From assembly GCA_002269645.1 (NCBI GenBank), contig NIVC01003149.1, positions 52,431 through 116,430 of the forward strand: a stretch of 64,000 nucleotides of DNA, given 5' to 3'. Under the pieces are notes generated by a model, which did no database searches, was not told the origin of the DNA, and saw only the letters and a program-made list of their open reading frames with translations. This stretch comes from Macrostomum lignano (taxonomy: Eukaryota). Shown piece by piece: positions 27,369-38,802 of this stretch (positions are counted from its first letter, which is position 1; the number at the start of each line of letters is the position of its first letter). Position numbers and translations under genes: made by a program.

Positions 27369-28079
27369 TATTCCTTTTTACGTTCTATTTGATAAAAACT
27401 GCAACCAATTTGGCCACGGCTCAGCCTGACGCAGCCGCAGCAATTTTCCATAGACAGCCACCGCTAGCGGCAACCAATTTGGTAAAAACTGCGAGCTATT
27501 TTGCCAGCTTGAAGATAGCAGCTCAATAGCATAACAATAACGATAAAGAATGTTAACAATACATGCACGAAGTCAGAACATTATGTCCTCAGCATTCAAG
27601 CACCGATTGAAGTACGTCTGGGAATGGTTGATCCAGCGCAGGCACTTGAGAGGCGTGAGAGGCAGTAGGTTGACCTTCGACGAATTGAACAATGGTGTCC
27701 ACCATAGCCTCCGTCAGCGCCATCCTCTTCACTCCTCCTTTTGGCAGAGTGCCAACTCTACCAGTTCGTTCATACGTGGTCACGATGTTCCTCACTGTCG
27801 GTTTCTTCATCCCCATCATTCTGCCAAGCTCTCCCCAGTCGTCGCCACTCCTGTACGCTCTCACGATTCGCTCTCGATCCAGCTGACTTATCTTTTGGTA
27901 CGGCCCACGATTCGCCATCAGAGCAGCTGCTATCTTCAAGCTGGCAAAATAGCTCGCAGTTTTTACCAAATTGGTTGCCGCTAGCGGTGGCTGTCTATGG
28001 AAAATTCTATGTCTATGGTCAGGCTAAGCCGTGGCCAAATTGGTTGCAGTTTTTATCAAATAGAACGTAAAAAGGTATA
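27369..28079 (-). mobile_element. Tc1/IS630-like non-autonomous element: ~155-bp inverted repeats around the transposase N-terminal HTH region only
   Basis: Long inverted repeats ~27369-27525 and ~27920-28079; internal MANRGPYQKISQLDRERIVRAYRSGDDWGELGRMMGMKKPTVRNIVTTYERTGRVGTLPKGG; no DDE domain. Confidence 0.85.
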
Positions 28080-28199
28080 TTATAGTCACGTCATATCACC
28101 TAATAAAACTTATTCTTGAACCAGATACGAAAAATTAGCTTGAATTGACTTAAAGTTGGCTCCCAAAACAAACAAAGAGACTGAAACCCAGAGCTGGCC

Positions 28200-28800
28200 T
28201 TCTTCCCTTTGCATCGAGAGGCTGCCCAGCGGCTCTGAAATCGGTAGGCTGAAGGCCGTTCTTCTCAGTGAAGAGATTCAAGTGCGACAAGATCAATCAT
28301 GCAGATGCAGAATGTCATCATCAGGACCAATCTGAAGTGGCTCACTCTGTGCAAGGTCGAAGTGTTCGGAGAGTACACCAAGCTAAGGAAGAGAGCCGGT
28401 CAGTCTCGAAGAAGCTCATGTCTCTGTTTTCTCTGTTGTTTACTCCCTAGATAGTTTGTCTTACCTGTACATGTAACGGTTGCAGATATGCTGCCTCGAA
28501 GCCAGTGCTCTTAGAGCTCTATTGGCTGGAAGGAGGGTGTCTGTAGAGCCATCGATAGAAACACCAACCAGTACTACTGGAGATACTTGTGTTCTCACAC
28601 AAAGCTGCCGAAATGCTGTTGGATGGCCTAGACTGAGAAACTGGCTCACATCAAGGAGATCAAGATCTTCAACAGACTTAATTTCTGTTAAAATCGACTC
28701 ACAAACTTTGTGTTCACGGAGGACGGTCACGCGTGCGTCTCGTACAACTCTCGCAGCGTCGACTGTCTGCTGGCTCACGCCGGCGCCCCGGACTCTGCCG
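28200..28800 (+). pseudogene. F-type lectin (fucolectin/FTP) pseudogene fragments followed by a PAN-like fragment
   Basis: 28320-28390 reads NVIIRTNLKWLTLCKVEVFG. 28500-28710 reads SQCS*...RAIDRNTNQYYWRYLCSHT...IKEIKIFNRLNFC*NRLTNF, then CVSYNSRSVDCLL. Multiple stops. Confidence 0.7.
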
Positions 28801-29684
28801 GCGGTGCGGCCTTTGTTCGCGCCCAAGCTTCGAAGCGCGCCATCTGACGCTGCTTTTGCGAACTAACAGCGTACTCAGTTGTTTTTGTTGTTGTTGTCAA
28901 AGTGAAGACGTTATACAATTGCAAATAAAGTCGGCAGTTTGTTTGCCTTAACAGTATTTTTTTAAAATTTACGAGCGTAACGTCCACCTGGAAAGAAAAA
29001 CGACCAATGTCCAGCTAAAGCACGCACAGAAGTTAGTTTCCAATGAAAAAGCAGTTTGCTCAACAAAACTCGGGGGCGGCAGCGGGCCTCTTGTCATTAT
29101 GAAGGATATAGAAGGCTTAGAAATCCGCAAGAATGAGGCGCATCAAGAAGCAAAGCCGAGGAGTTGTAAGCGAGGCGGGGCCAGAGTAGAGTATAAGCAT
29201 ATACAAAAATATGAAGCGAATAGGTAAGAAAAGTGCCCAAAATGGAAGGCAACAGAACGAGAGAAGACAATAGCAGCCACCGACCATTCCAGACAGAAGA
29301 CAGGAGCGAGGCGGCGAGTTGAGCGAACCAGTCGAGCTGACCGTCGAGACAAAAGGAGTAATGAACGCAGCGCGTGCACAATCCAGGATCTGAAGGAGGA
29401 GAGAAGCTGCGGGCGCATCTGAAAAAAAATACTCAATGACTGCACTCGCTTATTCTTAAAACTCAACGAAAGCAAAAACCCTAGCTAATCTACCCTCACC
29501 TCCGTAGAAGGATACAGGCGTAATGGATAAAACCCGGATAAACTGCCGCATTAAACTGTTTATATAAACTCCTGTCGTGGCAAGCCATGCGGAAGCCAAC
29601 TGTAAAAAGCTCAAAAAAGTAGTTTACCATTATTTTGACAGGAAGAAATCGTCCGAAATCTTAAAATAGCGAACAGATTCTAGC

Positions 29685-30960
29685 ATGGAATTAAAACTTA
29701 GAGTAATTGCAGCACTTCTGCTCGTGATCGGCTGTTGTGCAACTCTGATGACGTGTAGCTGCCAGAATGACCCGCATTCTAGCTACTCTTTCAAGGAAAT
29801 CGTTGGCACGACCACTATAAAAGGCTTGAAGCTGCGGGTATTCGAGTTGGGAAGAGGCGTTCAAGTGGCCGAACCGAGAGTCAAGCTCGGTGGGTCTTGC
29901 AGCACCCTCAGGTATAACCGTCTTTACCTGAAGTATCAGTTGTCTGTACCGTTTCAAGTGAAAACTCCTGTTCTAAAGAGTACCATGGGCCGCGGAAAAA
30001 AATTGGTCGAGTCATCGTTTCTCAGGTTGACGTCAAGTTGAACGCGGCACTCGCGAGTAAGAGTTCGAAGCTGACTGTGATTACAACCAGCAAGCGTGGC
30101 AGCTGGAAACTTTTGTTCCTATGCGACACTTACGAGAGGTGCTCAGGACTGCGAGATGAACTCGTGAGCAATCCGTGGTCTCTTCAGCAGGCAGTGCAAT
30201 TTAACCTGATCGGAGAGGTAGCTAGCTCTGCGGTGATGTTCGAAGCGCAAGCAAGTTTGACTCCATTGAATCTCAAGGACTGCTACAGAGGCCGATGGTT
30301 TGTCATTCAGCGACAGGTTAATGGCGATTTGTCATTCAAGAAAAATTGGGACGACTACGTCAAGGGATTCGAACATCCAAAGTCCAATTTTTGGATCGGT
30401 GTGTACTCTTAGAATAATCTAAGACTATAACAGCTGCTTTATCAAGGCTAGCTGATTCTGCACAGTTTTAAAATCGCTTACCATGCTTCCATACTGCAGG
30501 ACTGGAGAGTCTTTTCGCCATCACTGCGACCAAAGAAACCGATGTTACTTGGCGCAATCCCGAGACTACACTTTGTCGACTGAGAATTGAAGCCGAAGGT
30601 TTGGACAAGAAGAAGTACTGGGGTGAATATGGCCGATTCCAGGTCTTGAGCGCCGACCAGAACTACCGACTTCGAGTGGGCGATAAGAAAGCGGGCTCAA
30701 CTATTGACGGTTTCGTCAGGATGCACAATGAGCAGCAATTTAGCACCTACGACAGGGATCACGATACAAATCCAAAAATGTCTTGCTCTCGAGTGTTTGG
30801 CTTTGGCGGATTTTGGTTTGGCAGCTGCTTAAGAGTGAACCCCAACGGAGTGGTAACGAAGAGGAACACCAATGCGCCGTTCACATACCAATCCGTTTTT
30901 GTTACAGGCAATAAGTGGCCTCAGACTAAGGCGATTGTAATGAAGTTAAAGTGCGAATAA
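29685..30960 (+). CDS. Secreted FReD protein, copy 2; complete 3' end but a 1-bp deletion in an A-run; exons 29685-30398 and 30500-30960
   Basis: Near-identical to copy 1; A7 (29996-30002) versus A8 in copy 1; ends FWFGSCLRVNPNGVV...AIVMKLKCE stop. Confidence 0.88.
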
Positions 30961-31659
30961 CTGAATAACATAATGACTTGTATTTGTTTCGGCATTGACT
31001 TTTTCAATGATACTATTTATTGGTGGTGGCTCGTACAGCATTGAGCAAGGCTGTTGATTTTAAAAATATATGGCGATGGTGGTACTCATGCACTTGTCTG
31101 TATCTCTAGAGCAAATTAATAAACTAAGAGATTTCAATATGTAGCAACAGTTATGTATGATAGCACAGGCCAGAGATAAGTGCTCGTGAGCTGGAAGGAT
31201 AAGTTTTCAGTGCTCAGTATAGCATTTCTCAAGCCAATTGAGCCTAGAAGAAAGCTGTAAAGACTTCACTTAGTATGCGTGGCAGAAAGATGCTCATGCG
31301 ATAGCATGATAAAATCATTCATATATGTATTTGTCGAAATAGTCAATCGTTTGGGGACTGTAAAATAGACATATTAGTCACGTGCATGTACGCACAAAAG
31401 AACAAGCGAAGGAGAGAGTTAAAGAGCACGATGGTAAAGTGTACGCAGCACCCCCAGCACCCCACACAACACAAGCAATTCAAACTAATCCTTAGTGGGA
31501 AAATCAAGCTATTGAAGACTTGATTTTCATTGTCTATGGCCAAAAAGGGGGATCTGTGGAGCAAACAGTTTGAGAATTTCGACGCGCAATTCATCCTTTC
31601 CACAGTTGTGCAAGCCTTAGACCATAGAAAATAACAAATTGCATTAGACAAACATAGAT

Positions 31660-32785
31660 ATGGCAGACGAAGAATTTAGCGAGCAGAGCAGTGACGAAAG
31701 TTTTGCTACAGCCCAAAATGCAGTGGATGAGCAGAATCCTGCACGGTGAGAACCCTATCGCAAGATAGGCAATACAACCTGATCGCTGCCATCGAGAGAG
31801 GTGATAGTGCTGAGCACATTTCGCTATCGCTGGACGTAAAGAGAAAAACAGTCTATTTGATCAGGCGTCGCTATGAAATCACGAGACTCACGGGGTGGAG
31901 ATCTGGAAGAGCAATACATCCAACTGCTTCTTTCATCACTGGATAGCAATCCTCTAGTGACGCTGAAAAAGTAGCAACGCAAGCTGACTGACACCTATCC
32001 AGGCCTCAAAGTGAGCACTACAACTGTAAGCCGGACCTTGGACAAACAGCTGATTACATTGAAGTGCCTTGGTCGAGACGCCGATGTGCCAGTGGTCAGG
32101 AATAGTCCTGAAAACCGGGCACGCCGATGACAATTTGCTCACTGGCTCACTGGTGTTCCACCTGAACGTCACCTCATCTATGTTGATGAGACCGGTTTCA
32201 ACATTTGGACTCGCCGGTCCCAAGAACGCAGCAGACGTGGCCAGCGAGTCCGACGTGTTTTGCACACGCAGCGTGGGATTCAGGTCAATTTACTGCAGGC
32301 AGTGGCACCAAATCTCGGCTTGGTACACCACAAGATTGTCGGTCACACACTGACTGCAAACGTGTTTCGACCATTGTCGAGGAGCTGCTCCATGCTTTCT
32401 AAAATCGAGATGATGTAGACAATGCCGACAACTTCTTAGTCATCGTCGATGGAGCTCGCTTGCATAACGGGCTGAGGTCCCCCAGCAGCTTGAGCTGAAC
32501 TGGCAGGTTGCAGTACTGCCTCCATATTCTCCATTCTGAACCCGACCGAGTGTGCGCATTCCTGTTTGAAGGCGGCCATCAAGCGGCAACTTGCGCAGCC
32601 ACATGTGAAAATCGAATTGGACAATCTACCGCCAGAGACAACACTGCTCGAGTGGCGCGTACTCGTTCTTCATCGGATTGCGGAGGAGGCAACGTCTGAG
32701 ATCACAGTAGCCAAATGCGGCGGCTGGTTTCGGCAGATGCTTCGCTTTATCTCTCGCTGCTTAAACGAGGAAGAAATTCTCTTAA
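31660..32785 (+). mobile_element. Degenerate Tc1/IS630-superfamily transposase (pseudogene)
   Basis: HTH region, IYVDETGFNIW, VIVDGARLH and LPPYSPF(L)NPTE motifs; several stops and frameshifts. Confidence 0.88.
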
Positions 32786-33021
32786 CATTGATCGGCTTTG
32801 ATTTCAATCTGTCCAACAGTTTTGATCGAGAGACACGATTGTTCTCGGCATATACTGTATGCCATGGTTTTGCCTTTGCCTATTTTGATTGGTTTCTCTG
32901 AAACCAAGGTGTTAATGTCAAATCATTTTTTGATATGCCATCTATTTGCAGCCGTTATTTCATTGAAGTTATTCGTGAAGGATATACGAGCACTGTAAAA
33001 AGGATTGATTGCGCGCCCAAA

Positions 33022-33349
33022 TCATGGAGGAAAGAATAGAATGGAGTGCTAATCTGAGCCAGTTATTTTTATCTCGCTCGATTTTCGCTTTAAACATCCC
33101 TTCCCCCCCGTTCCTTCCTATTGGCTGAAAGCATATTTTGATACGAGCTCGTACTATGCTGGGACAGACCTTTCAGAGGGGAACGAAAACGAAAACGAGA
33201 CGAAAAATACTTTGTCTATGGCAGTCAGTCACGAGCCAATAGGAAGGAACGGGGGGGGGGGGAAGGGATGTTAAAAATTACGATCGAGCGAGATAAAAAT
33301 ACATATAACTGGCTGAGATTAGCACTCCATTCTATTCTTTCATCTATGG
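33022..33349. mobile_element. Foldback MITE with ~100-bp imperfect terminal inverted repeats
   Basis: GAAAGAATAGAATGGAGTGCTAATCT...GTTCCTTCCTATTGGCT mirrored at 33233-33349. Confidence 0.85.
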
Positions 33350-33382
33350 CCCAAATTCTCAAATTGGTTGCTCCATAGCCCC

Positions 33383-36300
33383 TGTTGTGTATAAGTGCAT
33401 GATATTCGAAAATGTTATTTTATGTCTATGGACATTAACACTGTTCAGTTCAGCTCTGAGCAAAGAAGAGCCAAGGTCCGCTCGTTCTGAAGCAGTACGT
33501 TCTGGTGACAAAAAGATAAATTGCACTGAGCTGACAAAAGGCACAGAGGCTGACGATTTTGCTCAAACGCTATCCATCGGAATTGCAGCTAGCAGCAGTC
33601 TTTTGTGGCACAAGGACTTTCAGATCGGCTATCTTAGAGCAAGAATGTGTATCGACACGGGCAGCCAAATCACAGCTTTACCAAAGGATCTAGCCATCAA
33701 AACCGGTTTCGAAATTCAGAAAGATTCCACATTAGCTTTGAAGGTTTACGGTGGCCTGAGTACAACCGCGTTAGGCGTACTGAGAAATGCGACCGTCACG
33801 GACAGCAGCGGTAACAGCGCCGTTGGCGATATCCTAGTCGGACAGCCCGGCACACAGTGCATTCTGGGAATGAACTTCATCAAAGCATTTTCTCTCATCC
33901 CGGAGATCGATCTGAAGTGCAGTCCAGTTACCTGCAACAATTCTGATGAGTTTACCGCTAGCTTTCGACTTAAAAACAACGCCTCATTCGAAGGAATGTG
34001 TTACCGTGCTCGTTCTCTGCCATTTTCCATGAAAGTTATGGTGGAGGCCGAATTGAGCAGACTGCTTTCTGCTGGTATAATCTACCCTGTGGAAAACCCT
34101 ACCGTTTCGTGTCCAATAGTACCCGTTCTCAAGCCCGAAGGGTCGGCCAGACCCATCCGAATCTGTGGAGATTACTCGGTGACGCTGAACAGGCTCATCG
34201 ATCCTGATCAGTACAAACTTCCTAAGCTTGAGGAGATTCTAGCAGCTATTCCAAATGCAAAGCACTATTCTGTGATCGATTTAGAAGACGCGTACTTGCA
34301 GATTGGATTATCGGAGGACAGCCAACGATTGACTTGTATTTCCACTCATGTGGGCCATTTTGCATTCCGAAAGATGCAGTTCGGAATATCCGCCGCTCCG
34401 TTAATATTTCAAGAGGTGATGGATAAACTGCTGAGAGGTATACCATACGTAGCTTCTTACCAAGATGACATCGTAATCGGGACTCCAAGCGCTAGTGAGC
34501 ATCACAGAGTTCTTTCACTGGTAAAGGGCAGACTTGCTCAACATGGGTTTAAAATTAATGTCCACAAGTCTCAGGAGTTCAAGGATCGCGTCAAGTTCTT
34601 GGGCTTCGTACTCACTAATGGTCAACTGCAACCAGATCCTGCAAGGGTCAAGGCACTAAATGAGTTGGCAGAACCAAGAGACAAAGATCAACTAAGGAGT
34701 GCGGTGTCTACCTTGCGTCACTACGGATTGTTCTGCCCGAATTTCTCACTCATCGCAAAACCACTTTACCATCTTCTAAAAAAGCATGTACCATGGAATT
34801 GGACCGACCTTCACACAGATGCTTATCAGAAGTTAAAGTCCAGTATACCTCAAGGCAAAATCGTATCTTATGACATCACCCAACCTCTGTTTTTGACGTG
34901 CGATGCCTCTAAAGACGGAATTGGTTATGTGCTTTCCCACGATGAAAATCAGCAGCAAGTCGTCTGGCTCGCAAGCCGAATACTAACATCCGCTGAGTCG
35001 AATTACTCGAATATCGAACGCGAAGCACTTGCCATTGTCGAAGGTGTTAAATATTATCACCAGTTCCTAGCAGGTCGACACTTTAAGATAATTTCCGATC
35101 ATCGCCCACTAATGTTTATTTTCAATCCTGGCAAGATCTCAGAGCGCGTATCAGCCAGATTGCAGCGCTGGGCATTGACTTTGAGCGCCTACAACTACCA
35201 AGTCATCTATTCAAAGGGGGAGACAATGTTTGCAGCTGATACCTTGTCGAGAATCCCAAGTACTGGAAAATGTCCTATCGTAAATTCAGTGAATCTACTG
35301 GAGATAAACAACCTCGAAGAATTCAGAAATTCCGAAGAACTTCTCAAACGTATTCCCCATTCAAAAGATTCTGAAATAGTTCTGCTGAAAAAGTTCATAA
35401 CACAAGGCTGGCCAGAATACCCTCCCAAACACATGCTTCCATACAGCAAGGATCGATCCGAGTACACAATACAGAACGGAATTGTCTTCAGAGGCATTCG
35501 GATTGTACCACCATCTCAACTGAGGCGCGAAATCCTGCACCTGCTTCATGAAGGACATCCAGGAATCGTGAGGATGATCCGAGTTGCGCGCCAATATTTC
35601 TGGTGGCCTTCAATCGACCTGAGCATCAACAGTTTTGTCCAGAGGTGCCCGATTTGCCAGCTAAACGCCAGGAAAAAGCCCAATGCAAATCTGGCTAGCT
35701 GGTCTGATGCTGAAGAGTTTTTCGAGCGCGTTCACCTGGACATCGCTTTCTACAAGGACTACAAGTTCCTGGTGCTGGTTGACGCTTTTTCGCGCTGGAT
35801 CGACATTCAGACACTTGGATCCATCACGTCTTCTTCGGTTATCAGTGTGTGTCGAAAGACTTTCAAATACGTTGGGTTGCCCAAGTTTCTGGTGACCGAC
35901 AACGGGACCAACTTTCGATCTGAGGAGTTTCAATCATTTCTGAAATCAAACAAAATTCAACAAATCCTCACGCCACCTGGGCACCACCAGTCCAACGGTC
36001 TCGTTGAGCGCATTATTCAAGTTTTTAAGATGGCTCTCAAGTGTTCATCTGGTGAAGTCGATGTGGAACACTCAGTTGCTTCTTTCTGCTTAAGACAAAA
36101 CACCACACCTTCTTCAATCGGTGCGATTCCTGCCAGTCAAGTTTTTATAAAAATTCCACGTACCCGTCTATCAGCTACGTGCACAGAACTGCATCAGCCA
36201 GCGGAAGACTCTTCCAAACCAGTCTACATCCGCATCGAGACTAAATCTAGCAAGGCTGGGGAGAAGATCACTTCCAAGTTCGGTTCAAATACATCTACTG

Positions 36301-36809
36301 ATAGCCGAAACAGAATGGTGCATCAATCTGACATCAATGCGAGGACGGCCACGGCGGATGAGGAACCACCGGTTCAAACTACCCCGGAGTCTGATGAGTC
36401 TCCTGTTCCTTCCTCCGGTGCGTCAGTACCAATCGTACCCGATTTGCCAAATTCTCATGCAACAGCCAATCCACGGGTTTTTCGACGGAGTACTCGTCTA
36501 CGCAAAACACCCGACAGACTGACTTACTACTGACTGCTACAAGCGTATCTTATGAACAGATTGACCCAGTAAAACTAACTTCATTGTTTGGAATCTTTGG
36601 TCGGGGTGTTGTGTATAAGTGCATGATATTCGAAAATGTTATTTTATGTCTATGGACATTAACACTGTTCAGTTCAGCTCTGAGCAAAGAAGAGCCAAGG
36701 TCCGCGCGTTATTATGGATCAAGAAAAATACACGCGCCTGCATGCCGCATCTTTTTAGCAGCTCCTGCGTTATTAAGTCTCGGTCACTCGAAATGCTAAA
36801 CTTATAACA
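33383..36809 (+). mobile_element. Gypsy (Mag/K02A2.6-like) LTR retrotransposon, gag-deleted; 5' LTR remnant 33383-33481, 3' LTR 36607-36809, TSD GCCCC
   Basis: TGTT...AACA ends; GCCCC at 33378-33382 and 36810-36814; first 99 bp of both LTRs identical; short purine-rich tract before the 3' LTR. Confidence 0.95.
33399..36533 (+). CDS. pol: Uninterrupted Pol polyprotein (protease, RT, RNase H, integrase) whose frame opens inside the 5' LTR
   Basis: IDTGS; RICGDY, DLEDAYLQI, QFGISAAP, YQDD; CDASKDGIG, EREALA, SDHRPL; HEGHPG...CPIC, HLD, TDNG, SNGLVER. First ATG is at 33399. Confidence 0.95.
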   Translation: MIFENVILCLWTLTLFSSALSKEEPRSARSEAVRSGDKKINCTELTKGTEADDFAQTLSIGIAASSSLLWHKDFQIGYLRARMCIDTGSQITALPKDLAIKTGFEIQKDSTLALKVYGGLSTTALGVLRNATVTDSSGNSAVGDILVGQPGTQCILGMNFIKAFSLIPEIDLKCSPVTCNNSDEFTASFRLKNNASFEGMCYRARSLPFSMKVMVEAELSRLLSAGIIYPVENPTVSCPIVPVLKPEGSARPIRICGDYSVTLNRLIDPDQYKLPKLEEILAAIPNAKHYSVIDLEDAYLQIGLSEDSQRLTCISTHVGHFAFRKMQFGISAAPLIFQEVMDKLLRGIPYVASYQDDIVIGTPSASEHHRVLSLVKGRLAQHGFKINVHKSQEFKDRVKFLGFVLTNGQLQPDPARVKALNELAEPRDKDQLRSAVSTLRHYGLFCPNFSLIAKPLYHLLKKHVPWNWTDLHTDAYQKLKSSIPQGKIVSYDITQPLFLTCDASKDGIGYVLSHDENQQQVVWLASRILTSAESNYSNIEREALAIVEGVKYYHQFLAGRHFKIISDHRPLMFIFNPGKISERVSARLQRWALTLSAYNYQVIYSKGETMFAADTLSRIPSTGKCPIVNSVNLLEINNLEEFRNSEELLKRIPHSKDSEIVLLKKFITQGWPEYPPKHMLPYSKDRSEYTIQNGIVFRGIRIVPPSQLRREILHLLHEGHPGIVRMIRVARQYFWWPSIDLSINSFVQRCPICQLNARKKPNANLASWSDAEEFFERVHLDIAFYKDYKFLVLVDAFSRWIDIQTLGSITSSSVISVCRKTFKYVGLPKFLVTDNGTNFRSEEFQSFLKSNKIQQILTPPGHHQSNGLVERIIQVFKMALKCSSGEVDVEHSVASFCLRQNTTPSSIGAIPASQVFIKIPRTRLSATCTELHQPAEDSSKPVYIRIETKSSKAGEKITSKFGSNTSTDSRNRMVHQSDINARTATADEEPPVQTTPESDESPVPSSGASVPIVPDLPNSHATANPRVFRRSTRLRKTPDRLTYY

Positions 36810-37899
36810 GCCCCTTTTTTGGGCCATGGACAATGAAAGGTAAGTCTTCAATAGCTTGATTCTCCCAATATGGATTAAATTGGCTTGGAAAATGTTTTAT
36901 CTGCGGTGGTGGGTTATTTCTTTAAAGAACTGCATAGGAAAAATTTTTAAGTTTGTTACTGCCGTTTTTAGTATATTGAATCATCAAAGGGGAACGTACA
37001 TGTAGATTTTTTTAGAATGGCGTAGTAAATGTGAATGTACATGTACGAACGTATAGATATGTAAGCATTATAACAGAAATTAAAGTCTTTAGAAGTATTC
37101 CGCAACTAACCATCACGTCGATACAAGTACTTGTACGAGTAAAGATTAGAATTATCTCTTTCCTATGCTCCGTGTGATTTACAAGTTAGAATTGATAACG
37201 CTCATTCTTTTACACAGTCTTCGGTACATGTATTTATTATACGATGCCTCTGGGACACAATTAGCAGAAAATTGTCATTTCTCGTTCATTTAATTCGGCC
37301 ATGGGCATTCCATTAGACGGCCACTTAGCTCAGTTTCCTGTGCAAGTTTCTATGCCAAAGATATGATCTGTCATCATTTGCGTTCCCGTGGTCTATTTAT
37401 CTTTTTTCCTATGTTACGATAATCCTGTTCCTTCATAGATTGACACAAAGATCAATTTTATTGCCAGCGTGAAACGCAATAACCGAAATCTTGTAATATG
37501 GGCACCATATTTGGTAAATCTTCTGGGTAAATCACTCGTATTAGGTAAAACAGTCGATCAAACATTTTATACATTGGGACTTCCTCATCGCATGATCCCG
37601 CACAGGGATGCAATCATAAAAATATTACCAAAGCAAAAATTTATTGCGCTATTGTTTTCAATGTCTACCCAAACTAGCTCTCGTAAAGCCAAATTAAGGC
37701 ACGTTTACAGTTACTAAATTACTATTCATTGCACATTCGTCAAACGAACATATGCGTAGGAATGGGGGAAAGTGAGACCATGCGTCCTCCCCACACTTTG
37801 CCAACAATGGTAACTGGCCCTTCCATAGTTTAAATGCAAAATGTTGACTTTTTTCTCATGTTTTACTCTTATTTCTGGTTTTTGCTGCTTTGCAGGAAT

Positions 37900-38160
37900 G
37901 CATTTTTCTGCAGGACGACAGAACATAGTGCCTGCGGCGCCAAAATGAGTGCCTGCGGCTCTAAAATGAGTGCCTGCGGCGCCAAAATGAGTACCTGTGG
38001 CGCTAAAATGAGTACCTGCGGCACCAAAATGAGGGCTGACACCGATTCTGAAAATAATCGGTACGTACATGATAATGTGCATTTCCTATATAAAAATAAA
38101 TAAATCTAACTCGACGGGGGTGTGCGCCCTGTGCGTCCCCCCTTCCTAAATCCGCCACTG
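37900..38160. mobile_element. MITE-family relative with ~6 units of the 21-bp repeat
   Basis: GCCTGCGGCGCCAAAATGAGT units, ACACCGATTCTGAAAATAAT motif, terminal AAATCCGCCACTG. Confidence 0.7.
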
Positions 38161-38802
38161 AACCTAGCCCTCAGTTTTTGAAACGTTCCTACGCATATGC
38201 AAACGAATAATGTACGGATCAACTACTAATATGTACTCGTTAAAATCGAACTGTCAAAAACAATGAACTGCAAGCAAGGAGTCAAGCGATTCAAGCAGAA
38301 ATACTTGCATAATTTATGGCGTAGTTAATAAGCAAAAAGTTGAACAGCTCATATAATATTATTTCGTATTTTGCATGAAAGGCATGTATGCGTTGCAGTT
38401 AATACATGTAACAGTAAACGCTTTCTGCTGAGCTAGGATCGAGTTTTAAACTGACCCTACCGGGATCTTTCACTGGTTGGATTCGATGGCCAAGAGATGT
38501 CTAATTAGAAACGATCAGTGGGAAATATTAGCGAAGCAAAACTATAGTACGATATTGCAGTCAAACGTGTTATCCTAGGATTGGTCACATCACAAGCTCC
38601 AAAATCGTTATCAGGTGAATCAGAAGACAGCTAGACAATCTTGTCCAATGAGTACAAGAGGTTCTGATTGGACTGCAGCAAAGTATAAAAAGAAAATGCT
38701 AGGTTAAAACAAAACGTTTTCTATGCTAATATAGAAGTGAGAAAAGCTAATTTTGTGAAATAACAAGCTAATTTCGTGTCTCTTCTGTGATTTTTCTCAA
38801 CA

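Noticed and set aside
28244-28268. 25-nt GT-AG intron that would tidy the F-type lectin fragment
   Set aside because: Very short, and the region is a pseudogene; cannot be supported without transcripts
33399-33470. Signal-like N-terminus as evidence of an env gene
   Set aside because: It is LTR sequence read in frame; no envelope ORF or TM segment is present
33501-33515. TGGTGAC as the primer-binding site of the Gypsy element
   Set aside because: Not preceded by the LTR end (TTATAACA) seen in the 3' LTR; lies in coding-like sequence leading into the protease
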